Below are positions 1 to 13,330 of a stretch of 64,000 nt of DNA, one piece after another. The position numbers and the translations under genes were made by a program. This DNA is from Narcine bancroftii (taxonomy: Eukaryota): the NCBI RefSeq assembly GCF_036971445.1, contig NC_091471.1, positions 366,482,001 to 366,546,000 on the forward strand. The letters run 5' to 3'. The first letter of the stretch is position 1. The number at the start of each line of letters is the position of its first letter. The notes below the pieces were generated by a model. The model searched no databases and was not told the origin of the DNA. It saw only the letters and a program-made list of their open reading frames with translations.

Positions 1-262
1 TCGCCTCCAACCGCGCATCTTGGCGCCTCACAGTTCGGCGGGCAGCAACCTCCTTTGAAGAAGACCGCAGAGCCCACCTCACTGACGAAAGACAAAGGAG
101 GAAAAACACAACACCCAACCCCAACCCACCAATTTTCCCTTGCAACCGCTGCAACCGTGCCTGCCCGTCCCGCATCGGACTTGTCAGCCACCAACGAGCC
201 TGCAGCTGACGTGGACATTACCCCTCCATTAATCTTCGTCCGTGAAGCCAAGCCAAAGAAAT
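1..262 (+). mobile_element. RTE-clade LINE 3' end
   Basis: Homologous to the 3' ends at 18970-19230 and 44120-44381; ends in gaagccaagccaaagaa. Confidence 0.9.
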
Positions 263-1613
263 TATATGTCCTGGAGAAGTATTCTCAATCATTTCCACAC
301 AGAAAATTAAAAACCAAACTTTTTCAATAATGGGATATGATTTTTTTTCCAACACCTACAGGAAGTATCAGCAAAGGTTTTGCAGAGGTACATCAAAACC
401 AAGTACGTCATAAATAACAAAAGATATAGCCATGTATCTTTCAAGCGTTTATACATGTACATCGAGTACAGTTTTCTTGCACTACCAATAAGTGGTCATT
501 CTGCCTCACCTACAGGGAAAAAAATCTCAGGGTTGTATGTGATGCTCTGAACATACTCTGACAATAAATCTGAACTATCACCTCTTAATAAATTTGACTA
601 CTGAGCATCAGACATTATTTAAAGACAAGGCACAAGGTGATACGCCGACATTACTGCCCACAAATCCCTCACTCCCCTCCATACTCCAGTGCACGTATTC
701 ACCCTCTACTCCCATCCCAAAACTGAAATTTGATAATGACCATTTTCAGGTTGTTTTCAGCAATTCCAATGGGACCAAATCACCCCCTTTTGACATGATT
801 TCTCTGCAAGGGGACTTGAGATAACATCACTCTCTGTACAGAGCTCCTTCTGGCACTTGGCGGGGAAATATTGATTGTGTTCTTCTGACAGTGACCAGAA
901 TTGAGCACATCCAGGCAACATGTCCTTTCTGATACCATGCCAGCTAGGGTAGGGCTGTTCAGAGCTACAGCCCACTGCTACCCAATTTTGTGACTACCAA
1001 TCTTCATCAGGCTCAGAAAAAAAGTGGCATTTGACACATTGGGATCAACCACAATTTCCAGGCATTTTTATTGAAGGATAAATTGTCAAAATCAGCATTG
1101 AAAAGCAAAAAAGCTCAATAACTAAACTCTTTTCTGGATCATAAAGTGCGAGCAACAGCTGTATTGAGGGATCTACAATGCAATTCTTTGTGCCTTGATT
1201 AAAATTTATCCTGTTTCATTTCCCCCACACACAAGTGATTACATTTTTAATCTTTAATACTTTGAATTTGAAACAATCCCTTCCCTTTACAATTCACTAA
1301 TGCTACAGTCACATTAGCAATCATTATGTAAGAATGTAAACATTCATAAAATACCAGAAGATTGAAAAAGGCAGAGAAGATTCATCAGGATCTTGCCCAG
1401 ATTGGAGGAGTTTAATGATGGGGAGAGATTTGAGAGGTGGGGCTTGTTTTCCTTCAAGCAAAAGTAACCTGGGAGGAGTCACGTGATGGAGTAGTGGCCG
1501 GTCTGGAAAACCAGCCCTCTCCAGGAAAATAGGAAAAAAGATAGGAAAAAGCAAAGCATAACAAAAATAAAATAGAAGAAATAGAAGATAAAGATACAGG
1601 GAAGAGAAGGAAG

Positions 1614-3068
1614 ATGGCTTCCAAGAAGGAGAAAGTAAGAACTGGAAAAAAAGTAGAAAAGTTGCCGGAGAAGAAAGAAGGCCTTACCTGCAAGAAGGAA
1701 CAAGGCGCTGTGGTGGCGAGGAGCGCCTGACTCTCGAGGTCAGTGCCTGCCCTGCGGAGTCGCGACTCACCAGCCGGTGGACTACAAAAATGGCTCTCGG
1801 ACCCAAACAAAAGTGCGCAATCAAAGGAGAAAGAGGACACCGGTGGAAGGGGGGCCCAGCAGAGGAACGGGCTGCCACAGCGCGAACGGCTGAGGGACGC
1901 CCGACACCAGGTGGAGGACGAGGAAGACAGCAGAAGAGGGAGCGATGAAACAGACGTGGGAGATAAACGGAGGGATGACTGACAAGAAGACCAACGTTAG
2001 GAAGCACAACAGATGAGCAGCCCAGGAGGGGAGGACTAGCAACAAGAGGCCCAGGAAGAAGAGACCCAACAAAGGGATACAAACAGCTCATCAGAGAAAA
2101 CAGAAGGGAAACAGACACAAAGAAAAGAAGAAGACACAAACACAGGTACAGACACAGAAGAAAAGGAAGAAGACTAAGATCTTCACAGAGAAATAGAAGA
2201 TAAAACTGATGGACAAAGAGAAATAAAAGGTAAAATGGATGAACAGAATATAGATAAAGTTTTTTTTGAAGAACAAATGAGATCAGTAAAAGAATGGTTA
2301 TCATTAGAATTTAATGCAATTAAAAGGAAAATGAAAAGAACAGAAGATAAAATGCAAAGGTTAGAACTGGTAATGACAGAAATAGGGAAAAGAGTAGAGA
2401 ATGTGGAAGAGTGGGAAACGGCTGTAGAAATGGAAGTGAATGACTTAAGAGAAAAATTGGAAGCAAGTGACAAAAAAATTAAAGAGACACAAGAGTTGTT
2501 ATCTCAGAAAATTGATAGGTTGGAAAATTATAGTAGGCGAAACAACATAAAAATAGTGGGCCTGAAGGAGGGTGAAGAAGGCACAGACATGAAGGAATTT
2601 ATAAAAGGATGGATCCCAAAAGTCCTGGGTATGACAGAAATGCAGGAAGAAATGGAAATAGAAAGGGCACACAGAGCATTAGCTCCAAAACCACAGGCAC
2701 ATCAAAAACCAAGATCCACCTTAATAAAATTTTTGAGATACATGACAAGAGAAAATATACTGGAACGGGCAAGGAATAAAGTGAGAGATGATAATAAACC
2801 ATTGGAATACAAGGGTCAAAAAATATTTTTTTACCCAGTCATAAGTTTTGAACTCTTAAAGAGGAGGAAGGAGTTTAATACAGCAAAATCAATTTTATGT
2901 AAAAAAGGTTACAAATTCGTGTTAAGACATCCAGTCATGCTTAAAATATTTATACCCGGGGAGCAAAACAGACTGTTCTCAGATCCAGAGAAAGTGCAAG
3001 AATTCGCAGAATGTTTACAAGACAGGAGAAGAGATGTAACAAGAATGAAGAACGGCAATAAAGTATAA
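1614..3068 (+). pseudogene. L1 ORF1; open from 2235 to 3068, with a stop-interrupted in-frame N-terminal extension
   Basis: ATG 1614 (MASKKEKV) is in frame with 2235. In-frame stops at 1728, 1980, 1998, 2037 and 2175. Coiled-coil, RRM and CTD-type ORF1p motifs lie downstream. Confidence 0.8.
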
Positions 3069-3478
3069 TTAAAGATGTAAAAACAATGTATATGTAAAGA
3101 ACTAAAGAGGGAAAAGAGAAGAGAAGGGAAGGAGTAAAGGGGGGAAAAAAGGAGAGAGCTTTTTATATGTGTTAAAAAAGTGTTTTCTGGAGAGGGCTGG
3201 GTAGAGGGGGAATAACCGTCATTGCAAAATCAGTTGATGCTGATAACAAGTTCGCAATCCAAATGAAAAGGGGAGTTGTGGTTGCCTGGCAAGGAATATG
3301 GGGCAACTCAGAGAGGGGGGGAACTTTTGGGGTTAAGGTATTAGTGGATGTGGGAACTGCAGGGGTGCTTTATGTCTTAAATGTGTTGTCGTATATTAAG
3401 TGTAATAAGAGAAAACTAAGAGATGAAAATGCGGAAAAGGGGGATGGAGGTGGCGAAGAGGTGTATGCAAGATATAAG

Positions 3479-6400
3479 ATGGCCATGTTGAACTATATGA
3501 CTATAAACATTAATGGAATACATAACCAAATTAAAAGGAAGAGGCTACTAAATTTATTGAAGAAGGAAAAAATAGATATAGCATTTGTGCAGGAAATGCA
3601 TCTAACTGAAGCGGAACATAACAAACTAAAGAGAGACTGGGTAGGACACGTAACGACAGCATCCTATAATTCAAAAGCTAGAGGTGTAGCCATACTAGTT
3701 AACAAAAATGTACCAATCAAAATAGAGGAGGAAATAATAGATCCGGCACGGAGGTATAAAGTGTCAGATATACTCAGTATTTTGGAATTTGCTCAATATA
3801 TATGCGCTTAACGAGGAAGATCAAAAGTTTATGCAGGATTTTTTTTGAAGATTGCAGACACACAAGGAAATATATTTATAGGAGGGGATTTTAACCTTAA
3901 TTTGGACCCAATGTTGGATAAAACTGGACAAAAGACAAGTAAAAAGAATAAAGTAGCTAAATTTATGGTTAAATCGATGCAAGAAATGAAACTTATGGAT
4001 ATATGGAGGAGGCAACACCCACGAGAGAAGGAATTTTCATATTATTCGAGTAGGCACAAAACATACTCAAGCATTGATATGTTTTTGTTGTAGGCCCATA
4101 TTCAAGGGAGAGTTAGGAAAACTGAGTATAAAGCTAGACTACTATCAGATCATTCACCCCTGTTATTAGCAATAGAACTGGAGGACATCCCACCAAGAGC
4201 ATATAGATGGAGGTTAAACTCCATGCTACTTAAAAGACAGGAATTTAGCGAGTTTATTGAACGCCAAATTAAAACATATTTTGAAATAAACACGATCAGC
4301 GATAGACAAATTTATATTTTGGGACACAATGAAAGCCTTCATTGAAGGCCAGATAATAAGTTATGTGACTAAGATGAAAAAGGATTACAATCGGGAAATA
4401 AAGCAGTTGGAAAGGGAGATAGTAAATACAAAAAAGGAATTAGTAAAAAGGGATTATATAATGAAAAGGAGAGAACTGGCAGACAAAAAACTTAAATACG
4501 AAACATTATAAACATACAAGGTGGAGAAGAACATAATGAAAACAAAGCAAAAGTATTATGGACTGGGAGAAAAAACACATAAAATATTAGCCTGGCAACT
4601 TAAAACAGAACAAGCTAAAAGAACGATACTGGCATCAAGAAAAAATTACAAACAAATTACATATGACCCAACAGAGATTAACGAAAATTTTAAGGAATTT
4701 TATGAACAATTGTATCAAATTGAGAACAAGGGGAAAGATGATAAAATAGAGAAATCTTTAGCTAAAATTGAACTGCCAAAATTGCAAGAAGAGGAACAAA
4801 ACAAACTAATAAAACCATCTGAAATAGAGGAAGTACAGGATATATTAAAAAAAGCTGCCAAACAATAAAACACCAGGAGAGGATGGATTTCCAATAATTT
4901 TATAAAACATTTAAAGAGTTATTAATTCCTCCTCTCCGGAAGTAATGAACCAGATAGAAGAAACACAAAACTTGCCAGATTCATGTAAGAGAGCAATAAT
5001 TACAGTAATACCAAAGTCGGGGAAGGACCTATTAGCACCAGCATCATATAGACCAATATCTCTACTTAAACTCAGACTATAAGATAATAGCGAAATTATT
5101 AGCAAACAGATTGGCTGATTAACCATATAACTGTTTACAGCACGGAAACAGGCCATGTCGGCCCTTCAAGTCCGTACCGGTTCACTTGAACAACTCCACT
5201 AGCTCCTTTGCAAAAATATATGGGTTGGGTCAACATTGAGGCTGAAGGGACTGAACTGTGCTGTAGTGTTCTATATTCTAATTCTCTGATGACATTCCTA
5301 TGACAGGCAAGAGTAAAATATTTTTTGTGTAGCTAAAATAGTAAAACAAGATCAAATTGGATTTATTAAGAAAAGTCGAACAGCGGACAATGTCTGTAAA
5401 CTTATTAATCTAATCCACGCAGTTCAAGGAAATAAGAAACCAACAGTGGCTGTTGCTCTAGATGCAGAAAAAGCCTTTGATAGAGTAGAGTGGAACTACT
5501 TATTTAAAGTATTACAAGTTCAATTTAACAGGAAAATATATAAATTGGATTAAATCATTGTATAATGGACTGTTGGCGAAGGTAGCAGTAAATGGATATG
5601 TATCGAGTCACTTTAAATTAAGTAGATCAACTAGACAGGGATGTCCACTATCCCCCTCATGGTTCACCTTAGCAATAGAACCTTTGGCAGAACTGATAAG
5701 AATAGAAAATAAAATAAAAGGGATAAAAATAAAGGAGGAATATAAAATCAGCTTATTTGCAGATGACATCATAGTATACCTAATAGAACCAGAGGCATCA
5801 GTAAAAGAATTATATAAGAAATTGAAGGAATATGGAGAAATATTGGGGTACAAGATCAACACAAATAAAAGTGAACTGATGCCAATGAGTAACACAGATT
5901 ATACAGAATTTTAAAAAGAATCACCATTTAAATGGCAAGCACAAGCAATCCGATACCTAGGGATCAGGTTAGATAATAACTTAAGCCACTTGTACAAACT
6001 AAATTATCAGCCACTAATAAAAGAAATTGCAGGAAGACTTAGAACATTGGAAAGAATTACCACTAACATTGATAGGGAGGGTAAACTACATTAAAATGAA
6101 CATGTTACCAAGGATACAATACTTATTTCAAACATTACCAATTCCTTTAACAGAAAAATTCTTTAATGAACTAAAGAGAATAATAAGGAAATTCTTGTGG
6201 AAAGGGAGGAAACCAAGGGTAGCATTAGATAAATTAGCAGAGAGGTATAATCAAGGTGGTTTGCAGTTACCAAATTTTAGAAATTTATTATAGAGCTGCA
6301 CAATTAAGGTATTTATCAGATTTTTACCAGACAAGGGAAAATCCAGACTGGACTAAGATAGAACTATATAAAATAGGGGAGAAGGTATCGGAACATATAC

Positions 6401-7750
6401 TTTATAAGTGGGATGAAAAGCTGGTACAATATAAAAGCTCACCAGTATTGCATCATTTACTTAATACATGGAAGAAGATCCACTTAGAAAGGAAAAAAAT
6501 GAATTATCAAATACCAAAATTATTATTGACGCAAAATCCACTAATCCCTTTTACAATAGATAATCTTTCCTTTAGAGAATGGGAGAGAAAAGGAATCAAA
6601 AGAATAGAAAATTGTTTTTTGGGAAATAATTTATTAACATTTGAATAGTTAAAGTACAAATATGGAATAACTCATGGTACAATGTTTGCATATCATCAAT
6701 TGAAAGCTTTTTTAAAGGATAAATTGGCAAACAGCTTGAGATTACCTGAGGAAGCAGCTTTGAATATGTAATTACAGACACAATGATAATTAAAAGATTT
6801 ATAACCAACATGTACATTACGCTGCAAGATAAGGAAAATGAAATAAACTATAAACCTAAGCAGAAGTGGGAAAAGGATCTAAACATAAAGATAAAAAATG
6901 AAGTTTGGGGAAAGTTATGTTCTGGAACTATAAAGAATACAATAAGCACAAGGTTACGCATGATACAGTATAATTGGTTACACAGGGTATATATTACTCT
7001 TCAAAAATTTTTAAAATGGGATTCAACATTATCGGATAGAGATTTTCGCTGTAAGAAGGAAATGGGAACAACATTACATCTAACTTGGGCATATACGAAA
7101 GTGAATATGTTTTGGGAAGAACTAAATCAGATACTAAATTCTTCTTTTATTTGGCTTGGCTTCGCGGACGAAGATTTATGGAGGGGTAATGTCCACGTCA
7201 GCTGCAGGCTCATTTGTGGCTGACAAGTCCGATGCGGGACAGGCAGACACGGTTGCAGCGGTTGCAAGGGAAAATTGGTTGGTTGGGGTTGGGTGTTGGG
7301 TTTTTCCTCCTTTGTCTTTTGTCAGTGAGATGGGCTCTGCGGTCTTCTTCCAAGGAGGTTGCTGCCCGCCGAACTGTGAGGCGCCAAGATACACGGTTTA
7401 AGGGGATATCAGCCCACTGGCGGTGGTTACAAAAAATAACATACCAAAAAAACCAGAGATATTTCTTTTAAGTAACATAAGAAGTAGCGAATTCGGCCTC
7501 AAATTGGATAAAATGCAAAAAAAAATTCATTATGATAGCCTTAGTGATAGCAAAAAAATGTATAATGTCAACTTAGAAAATGGAAGAGAGCATGAGTATA
7601 CAGCAATGGTACATGGAAATGAATAAATGTATTCCATTGGAAAAAAAATAGCATATAATTTTAAAAAATAAAGTCACATTGTTTGAACAAATTTGGGAAC
7701 CATACATGGAATATATCAGAGAGAGCTTGCCTACGACCTCCATCCCCTAG
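3479..7750 (+). pseudogene. L1 ORF2 (endonuclease plus reverse transcriptase), disrupted
   Basis: Starts MAMLNYMTININGIHNQIKRKR. Multiple frameshifts and stops. Interrupted by insertions at ~5121-5325 and ~7141-7425. Confidence 0.9.
7141..7426 (-). mobile_element. 5'-truncated RTE LINE nested antisense in L1 ORF2
   Basis: Reverse complement of the RTE 3' end. The uninterrupted L1 junction is visible in the copy at ~39790-39830. Confidence 0.9.
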
Positions 7751-10378
7751 AATGAGAATGAAAATGACAAGAAGACAAAAGAACTAGATTCAGTGTGTAA
7801 TAAATAGATGATGCATTTTTCTTGTTGATTTTCCTTTATGGTTTTATTACATTGTATATGTTGAATATTTATGGGTTTTGGAGGGAGGTGGGTATAGGGG
7901 AGGGAGGGAAAGGGGGAAAAAAAGGGAGAAAAGGCCACTGTGTAAAATTAATGAGAAACATTTGTACATATTTTGGTTGATACGGTTCATAGTGTGAAAT
8001 TTTTTTTAAAAATTAAAGAAGCAAAAGTAACTTGATAGTGTAGCATTATACAAGATTATGAAAGGTATAGATTTGTTATGTCATTTTTTTCACCATTATA
8101 TGGGTATCAACATATAGGGACAATGGTTTAAAGCAGCCATTCTCAACAGGGTCCATACAATCCCTCTGGGAGCCAAAGCACATTTAAGAGATCCAGATTG
8201 AAATCATAAAAATATTGTTTTTATGCATTTCATGTAGTTGGTAGGAGAAAAGTACTGAAAAAAAAAACAACAAAATAACTGCTTCACAGAGAAGGGGGCC
8301 CATAAACTTTGAGCTGAGTCCTAAGCCAACCCCCCAGCTAATAAAAAGGATGAGAATGTGTGAGGAAGGATTTTTAGAGAGAATCTGAGGGCAAGTTTCT
8401 CTTTACACAGAGAGTAGATGCTATCTGGAACATGATAGAGAGGAATCAGATTCCATTAGTATATTTTAGAGGCATTTAGAGAGACACTTAAATAGACAAG
8501 GCATAGAAGGATATGATCCTACTGGAGGCAAATGGGATTAGTATAGATAGGCAAAAAAAGCAACATGGACACATCAGTTTCTGTTCTGTACAACTCTGTA
8601 AAGTAAAGTTTTTCAGTTTGCAAATAATATTAAACTAAAATGAGTAGCAGAATTAAAGAAATCAGCCTTCCTTTGTGGACTCAAAGCCAGAAGCTTTTGA
8701 GCTTAAATTTCTCTCCAGAGATGAGCACATATCGTAAACTGACACTTCAGTAAGGGAAGCGCCCTCAAGATATTAAACTGTTGACATAAAAAACATTCCA
8801 ATTGAAGTGCCTGGTTGTTCTCCAGGGAATCGTTATCAATATTTATTCTTCAAACAAAGTCAAGAAAAGAAGATTCTGTGAGACCTTGCAAACAATTTTC
8901 TTATTTTGTCTCCGATATTATAACAGCAACTGCACTTCAAAAGAACTTGGAAGTCTTTTAAATGCTTCGGTAAATCTCAGTTTATGAAAGAAGTTCAAAA
9001 CATGAAATTCTCCATTTAGCTTTATAGAATGTTGAATAAATTACAATGTGATGGGGAAAAAAATCAAAAACAAATGTAAAGAAAATAAACCACATGATCC
9101 CTTTTCTGGGAAGACATGCAAAATGATTTGAGTTTTTGGCTCCATACCCTGTCCCAGACCCAAGATTATCTTCCACAGTCTATTGTGCAAACCTTCACAA
9201 GTTGCTTGTCTTTAGCTATTTCTCCATTTGTGATTCAACAGTGGATCTGGGAATGAAACCAGTTCTCTCTCCTTCACTATTTGGATGGCTAAATTTCAAA
9301 GATCATATCCAGCTGTTCTTAATATGAATGGGTGGTCTGGGTCATTACAATAGACTTATTTATAGCAGGAGTGAGCCACAAAAAGATTCAGCCAGCTATA
9401 CCAGTTAAAATTTGACCTTATAGTAAAGTTCAGATTTATGTCAGAGCACATGCCTGAAATCGCATACAACCTGAGATTCTTTTTCCTATAGGTCAGGCAG
9501 AATTTCTGCTTATCGGTGGTAGAGCATAAAAACAGAACTCAAAAGAGAAATAAATTTAAGAATACATTGATGGGAAGAGGTCTGGAGGGTTATGGAATGG
9601 CTGCAGGTCAGTGGGGCTAGCAAATAATGTTTTGGCACAAACTAAAAGGGCCGAATGGCCAGTTTCCTGTGCTGTAGTATTCTATAATTCTAAATGTAAA
9701 CAGACTGACTGTGTAATACAGAAAATAAATATTCAGTAATAAATAATATGCAAAATAATGAATCTCTGAGTTTGTTGTTAAGGAGTCTGATGGTGGTGGT
9801 GTAGCAACTGCTCTTGAACCTGGTTGTATGAGTCTTGTGCCACCTGTACCTCTTTCCTGATGACAGCAGCTAGAACAGAGCATGTCCTGGGTGGTGTGGA
9901 TCCTATGATTGCTGCTGCTCTCTGACCGCAGCGTTTCAAGAGAATTTTTTTTTTAATACAATGGTGTATTGGAGTTTGCTGATTAATTTTGAGGGGATGT
10001 CGATAAAGCACATCCTGATGTAGGCGTCTCAACGGGTACCATATTTTCCCCCACCCCCTTGGGGGGGGCACAGCACATTTAAATAAAAGCCTTGTTTTCT
10101 TTTCACCCCATATAACATATTTTTAATGTATTTTATGTCATCAGTAGGAGAGAAGTAGAGAAGAAACCAAAACTTGACTGCTTCACAGGGAAGGAGGCCT
10201 ACAAATTTTGAGCAGAGTGCTCGGAAGGTCATAGCTGAAAAAAAAATAGCTGCCCTTAAGGTTAATTTCCAAGTTGAGTTTCTGGTGAAGAAGGCAAATG
10301 CAAGTTTGGCATTCATATCTAAAGGAATAGGATACAAGATCTTTACAAGACACTGTTGAGGCCTCACTTGGAGTACAG

Positions 10379-10512
10379 CAGTGGTTCTCAACCTTTTTCT
10401 TTCCACTCACATACCATCTTAAGCAAACCCTTACAAATCATAGAGCACCTATGGCAGAGGGAATACTTAAAAGTGGTATATGAGTGGAAAGAAAAAAGGT
10501 TGAGAACCATTG
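10379..10512. mobile_element. hAT-like MITE
   Basis: ~38-bp TIR cagtggttctcaacctttttctttccactca / tgagtggaaagaaaaaggttgagaaccattg. Partial copies near 17502-17593 and ~42296-42380. TSD not recognisable. Confidence 0.8.
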
Positions 10513-10602
10513 ACTTAAACATTGCACATATAGTATAGGAACAAAAAGTGCCCAAAATATTTAGCACATCAGGCAGCTCAGACAATGAAATAGAGCTTCA
10601 TC

Positions 10603-10641
10603 AGAACTGAAGAAAGATCAACGATCTGAAATGTTAATTCT
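10603..10641 (+). ncRNA. Minimal type-I hammerhead-like motif (Penelope-type repeat remnant)
   Basis: agaa-CTGAAGA-a-agatc-aac-gatct-GAAA-tgtt-aa-ttct: both core boxes, a 5-bp stem II and a 4-bp stem I. Confidence 0.5.
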
Positions 10642-11910
10642 TAGTTTGTAGTGGCCACGGCAATCGGGCCGGTGCTCCGGGCAGCAAGTGCATCCAAAAG
10701 CCAGCAGACCGGACAGCGGCACTGGCCCCAAGGAAGAAAATATTGTAATGCAATAACGTACCCGTGTGGGGGAAACCTGCTATTGTTATGCAGGCAGTGA
10801 TATCAGCAAATGGGGGTAAATGGCAGGAACAAAAACGGTATAAACGAGAGCTATACCTGACTTCACCAGTATCAGGCAATTCTTATACTGTGCACAGAAT
10901 TTAACATTTATGAAGTTTCACCAGGCTCTGGTGCTTAAATGGTTACTGCTTGGGAAGGTTCTTGTTGGCTTCAGAGAGAGATTTGTTGCTCGTTGGACAT
11001 ACAAACAAACTGATTCCCTCTGATCAGCCACTTCAGTGTTTTGCCAAAGAAACTTGCCCCATTATGGGTTTTCCAAATGATAACCTCTCCTTCCAGGTCA
11101 CTACAGAGTTCCTCTTGTTTCCCTTATTTCAGGGGAAACACTCTAGCCAGCCATTCCCTCTTGTAAGGATTACAAGGGTTTTCGACAGGCTGAATTCAGA
11201 ACTCACGACCCATTTTCAAAATAGGGTTTCAACAGGCTGCAAGCCTGCCATGTTGCAGCCTCCAAAAGCCCGTTTGGTCTTTTCTCCCTTTCTGCTTGCA
11301 AAACCACATGACCCCCTTAGAACACCAAACTGCTACCACAGATTCCCGGCACCGGAATCAGTTTCTGCCTGGGCATCTAGTGCTTTAAAGACAATAGTTC
11401 ATTTACTCCACAGCATCAAACCAATTAACACCTACTTGTGAAGTCTCCATAGGTATTCTTCAAAGTCACTGTGGACATGAAGTCTCTCTTTCAGCAAAGC
11501 TCTTGCATCTTAAGTGAAATGTCTTTTGTGAAATGATAATGTCTGTTTGTGAAGTGACCTATACTAAACCTCCACAATCTATTTAAGACATATTAATGGA
11601 TAATATAAAACAAAATATAATGTAAATAGTGAAAAGTGTATGGCTAAAATTTCTCTAAGGCTCATTTTTTAATTCCATAGAGAGGAGTACCTTAATCCAT
11701 ATTTATTTTANNNNNNNNNNNNNNNNNNNNNNNNNNNNNNNNNNNNNNNNNNNNNNNNNNNNNNNNNNNNNNNNNNNNNNNNNNNNNNNNNNNNNNNNNN
11801 NNNNNNNNNNNNNNNNNNNNNNNNNNNNNNNNNNNNNNNNNNNNNNNNNNNNNNNNNNNNNNNNNNNNNNNNNNNNNNNNNNNNNNNNNNNNNNNNNNNN
11901 NNNNNNNNNN

Positions 11911-13330
11911 TAATGTATACAAAAGATAGATAATAAAGTCACAGTGCAAGAAAAAAGTGCCATTACAATAGTGCAGACAGTTATTTTTGTAAAGTTGGGA
12001 GTATTTTATGATTAGTGTGGTAAGGGGAGGTTCAAGAGCCTGATAGCTGTTGGAAAGAAACTGTTCTTGAATCTATTGGTTCTGTACTTCAGGCTTTGGT
12101 ACCTTCTTCCCAAAGGTAGTAACAAGAAAATGTGGTGACAATGGTTATGGGGGTCCTTTATAATGCTGGCTGCCTTCTTTAGACAGTATCTCACAAAGAT
12201 GTCTTCAATAGCTGAGAGATCAGAACCTGTGATGGACATGGCCATGTTTTGCCTCCTTCTCATGGCTTCTGCATTCTGGGCACTCAAATGGCCAAACTCT
12301 GCTGTGATGCAATGTTAGTATACTTTCCATAGTATACCAGTAGAAGTTTGATATGAGTATTCAATGACATGCCAAATTTCCTTAGACTTCTTAAAAAATA
12401 GAGGCATGGTGTGCCTTCACAGCTGCCTCAATGTGCTCCAGGAGAGATCTGATATATGGACTCCCAGGAACTTGAAGGTTCTACCATCTCTTGATTCATC
12501 CCATCAATATGGACAGATGTGTGGTCATTCTGACTTCCCTTCCCAAAATCAGCAATAAACTCCTTGATCTTGTTGATATCGAGAGCAAGATTGTTCTGGC
12601 ACTACCCAACCAGATTCTCGATCTCCAAACTGTATTCTGACTTGTTATGTTCTTATGATAGATTTTTACAAAGTAGGGGAATTAACAGATGTGGGGTAAA
12701 GGAAAGTAGGTGGAGATGAGGCTATCATCAGATCACCCATGATCACATTGAATTACAGAGCAGGATCAACAGGTCGGATGGCCTACTCTTGGTCCTATTA
12801 TGTTCTCATCATTTCCAGTATTTGGCCAACAATGGTGATGTCGTCAGTGAATGTATGCATTGAATTAGAGCCATACTTGGCTATGCACTCATGAATGTAC
12901 AGAGTCTAAAGCAGGGGATTAAGCATGTAGCCTTGAGATGCCATTGTGTTGATGGTCAGCATGGAGAAGATGATGTTGCCGATCTGCACTGATTGGAGTC
13001 TACCAATGTTGAAGAGAAGGATCCAGTTGCAAATAGATGAACAGAGTCCCAGATAGTTAGTTTGGTCATAGGTTTTGCTCCTATGATGGTGTTCAATGCG
13101 GAGCTATAGTCAATGAACAGCACCTTGTTGATGGTGTTCTTATATGAACAGCACCTTGTTGATGGTGTTCTTATGGTCCTGGTGATCTAAATCAGAGCAG
13201 AGAGCCAGCGAGATGACATCCACAGTTAATCAGTTGTGACGATAGGTAAATTGAAGGGGAACCAGGTCCTTCCTGAGACAGAAGTTTATCTGTTCCATAA
13301 ACAACTGCGCAAAGCACTTCCTTCATCTTG
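11911..13330 (-). mobile_element. Rex1/Babar-like LINE remnant
   Basis: Translates to IIKDPHNHCHHIFLLLPLGRRYQSLKYRTNRFKNSFFPTAIRLLN, with upstream RT remnants. Confidence 0.7.
13113..13174 (+). repeat. 31-bp perfect tandem duplication
   Basis: atgaacagcaccttgttgatggtgttcttat occurs twice in tandem. Confidence 0.9.

Larger units (their letters stand above)
1472..8018 (+). mobile_element. Full-length decayed L1-clade LINE
   Basis: TSD aagcaaaagtaac(c/t)tg at 1456-1471 and 8019-8034. ORF1 motifs LENYSRRNNIKIVG and EIERAHR. ORF2 remnants: endonuclease (ININGI, FVQE, GGDFN, SDH) and RT (YRPISLL, LDAEKAFDRVEW, TRQGCPLSP, LFADD). G-rich 3' UTR and A-rich tail. Confidence 0.95.

Noticed and set aside
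590-9330. Exons of an upstream divergent gene (ccdc57 by human synteny)
   Set aside because: I found no recognisable coding exon in the unique stretches examined (590-1300 and 8600-9330).
10645-11580. Possible LTR or 163-aa gene (10950-11441)
   Set aside because: No recognisable protein motif and no verifiable TSD. Probably a repeat, but I cannot classify it.
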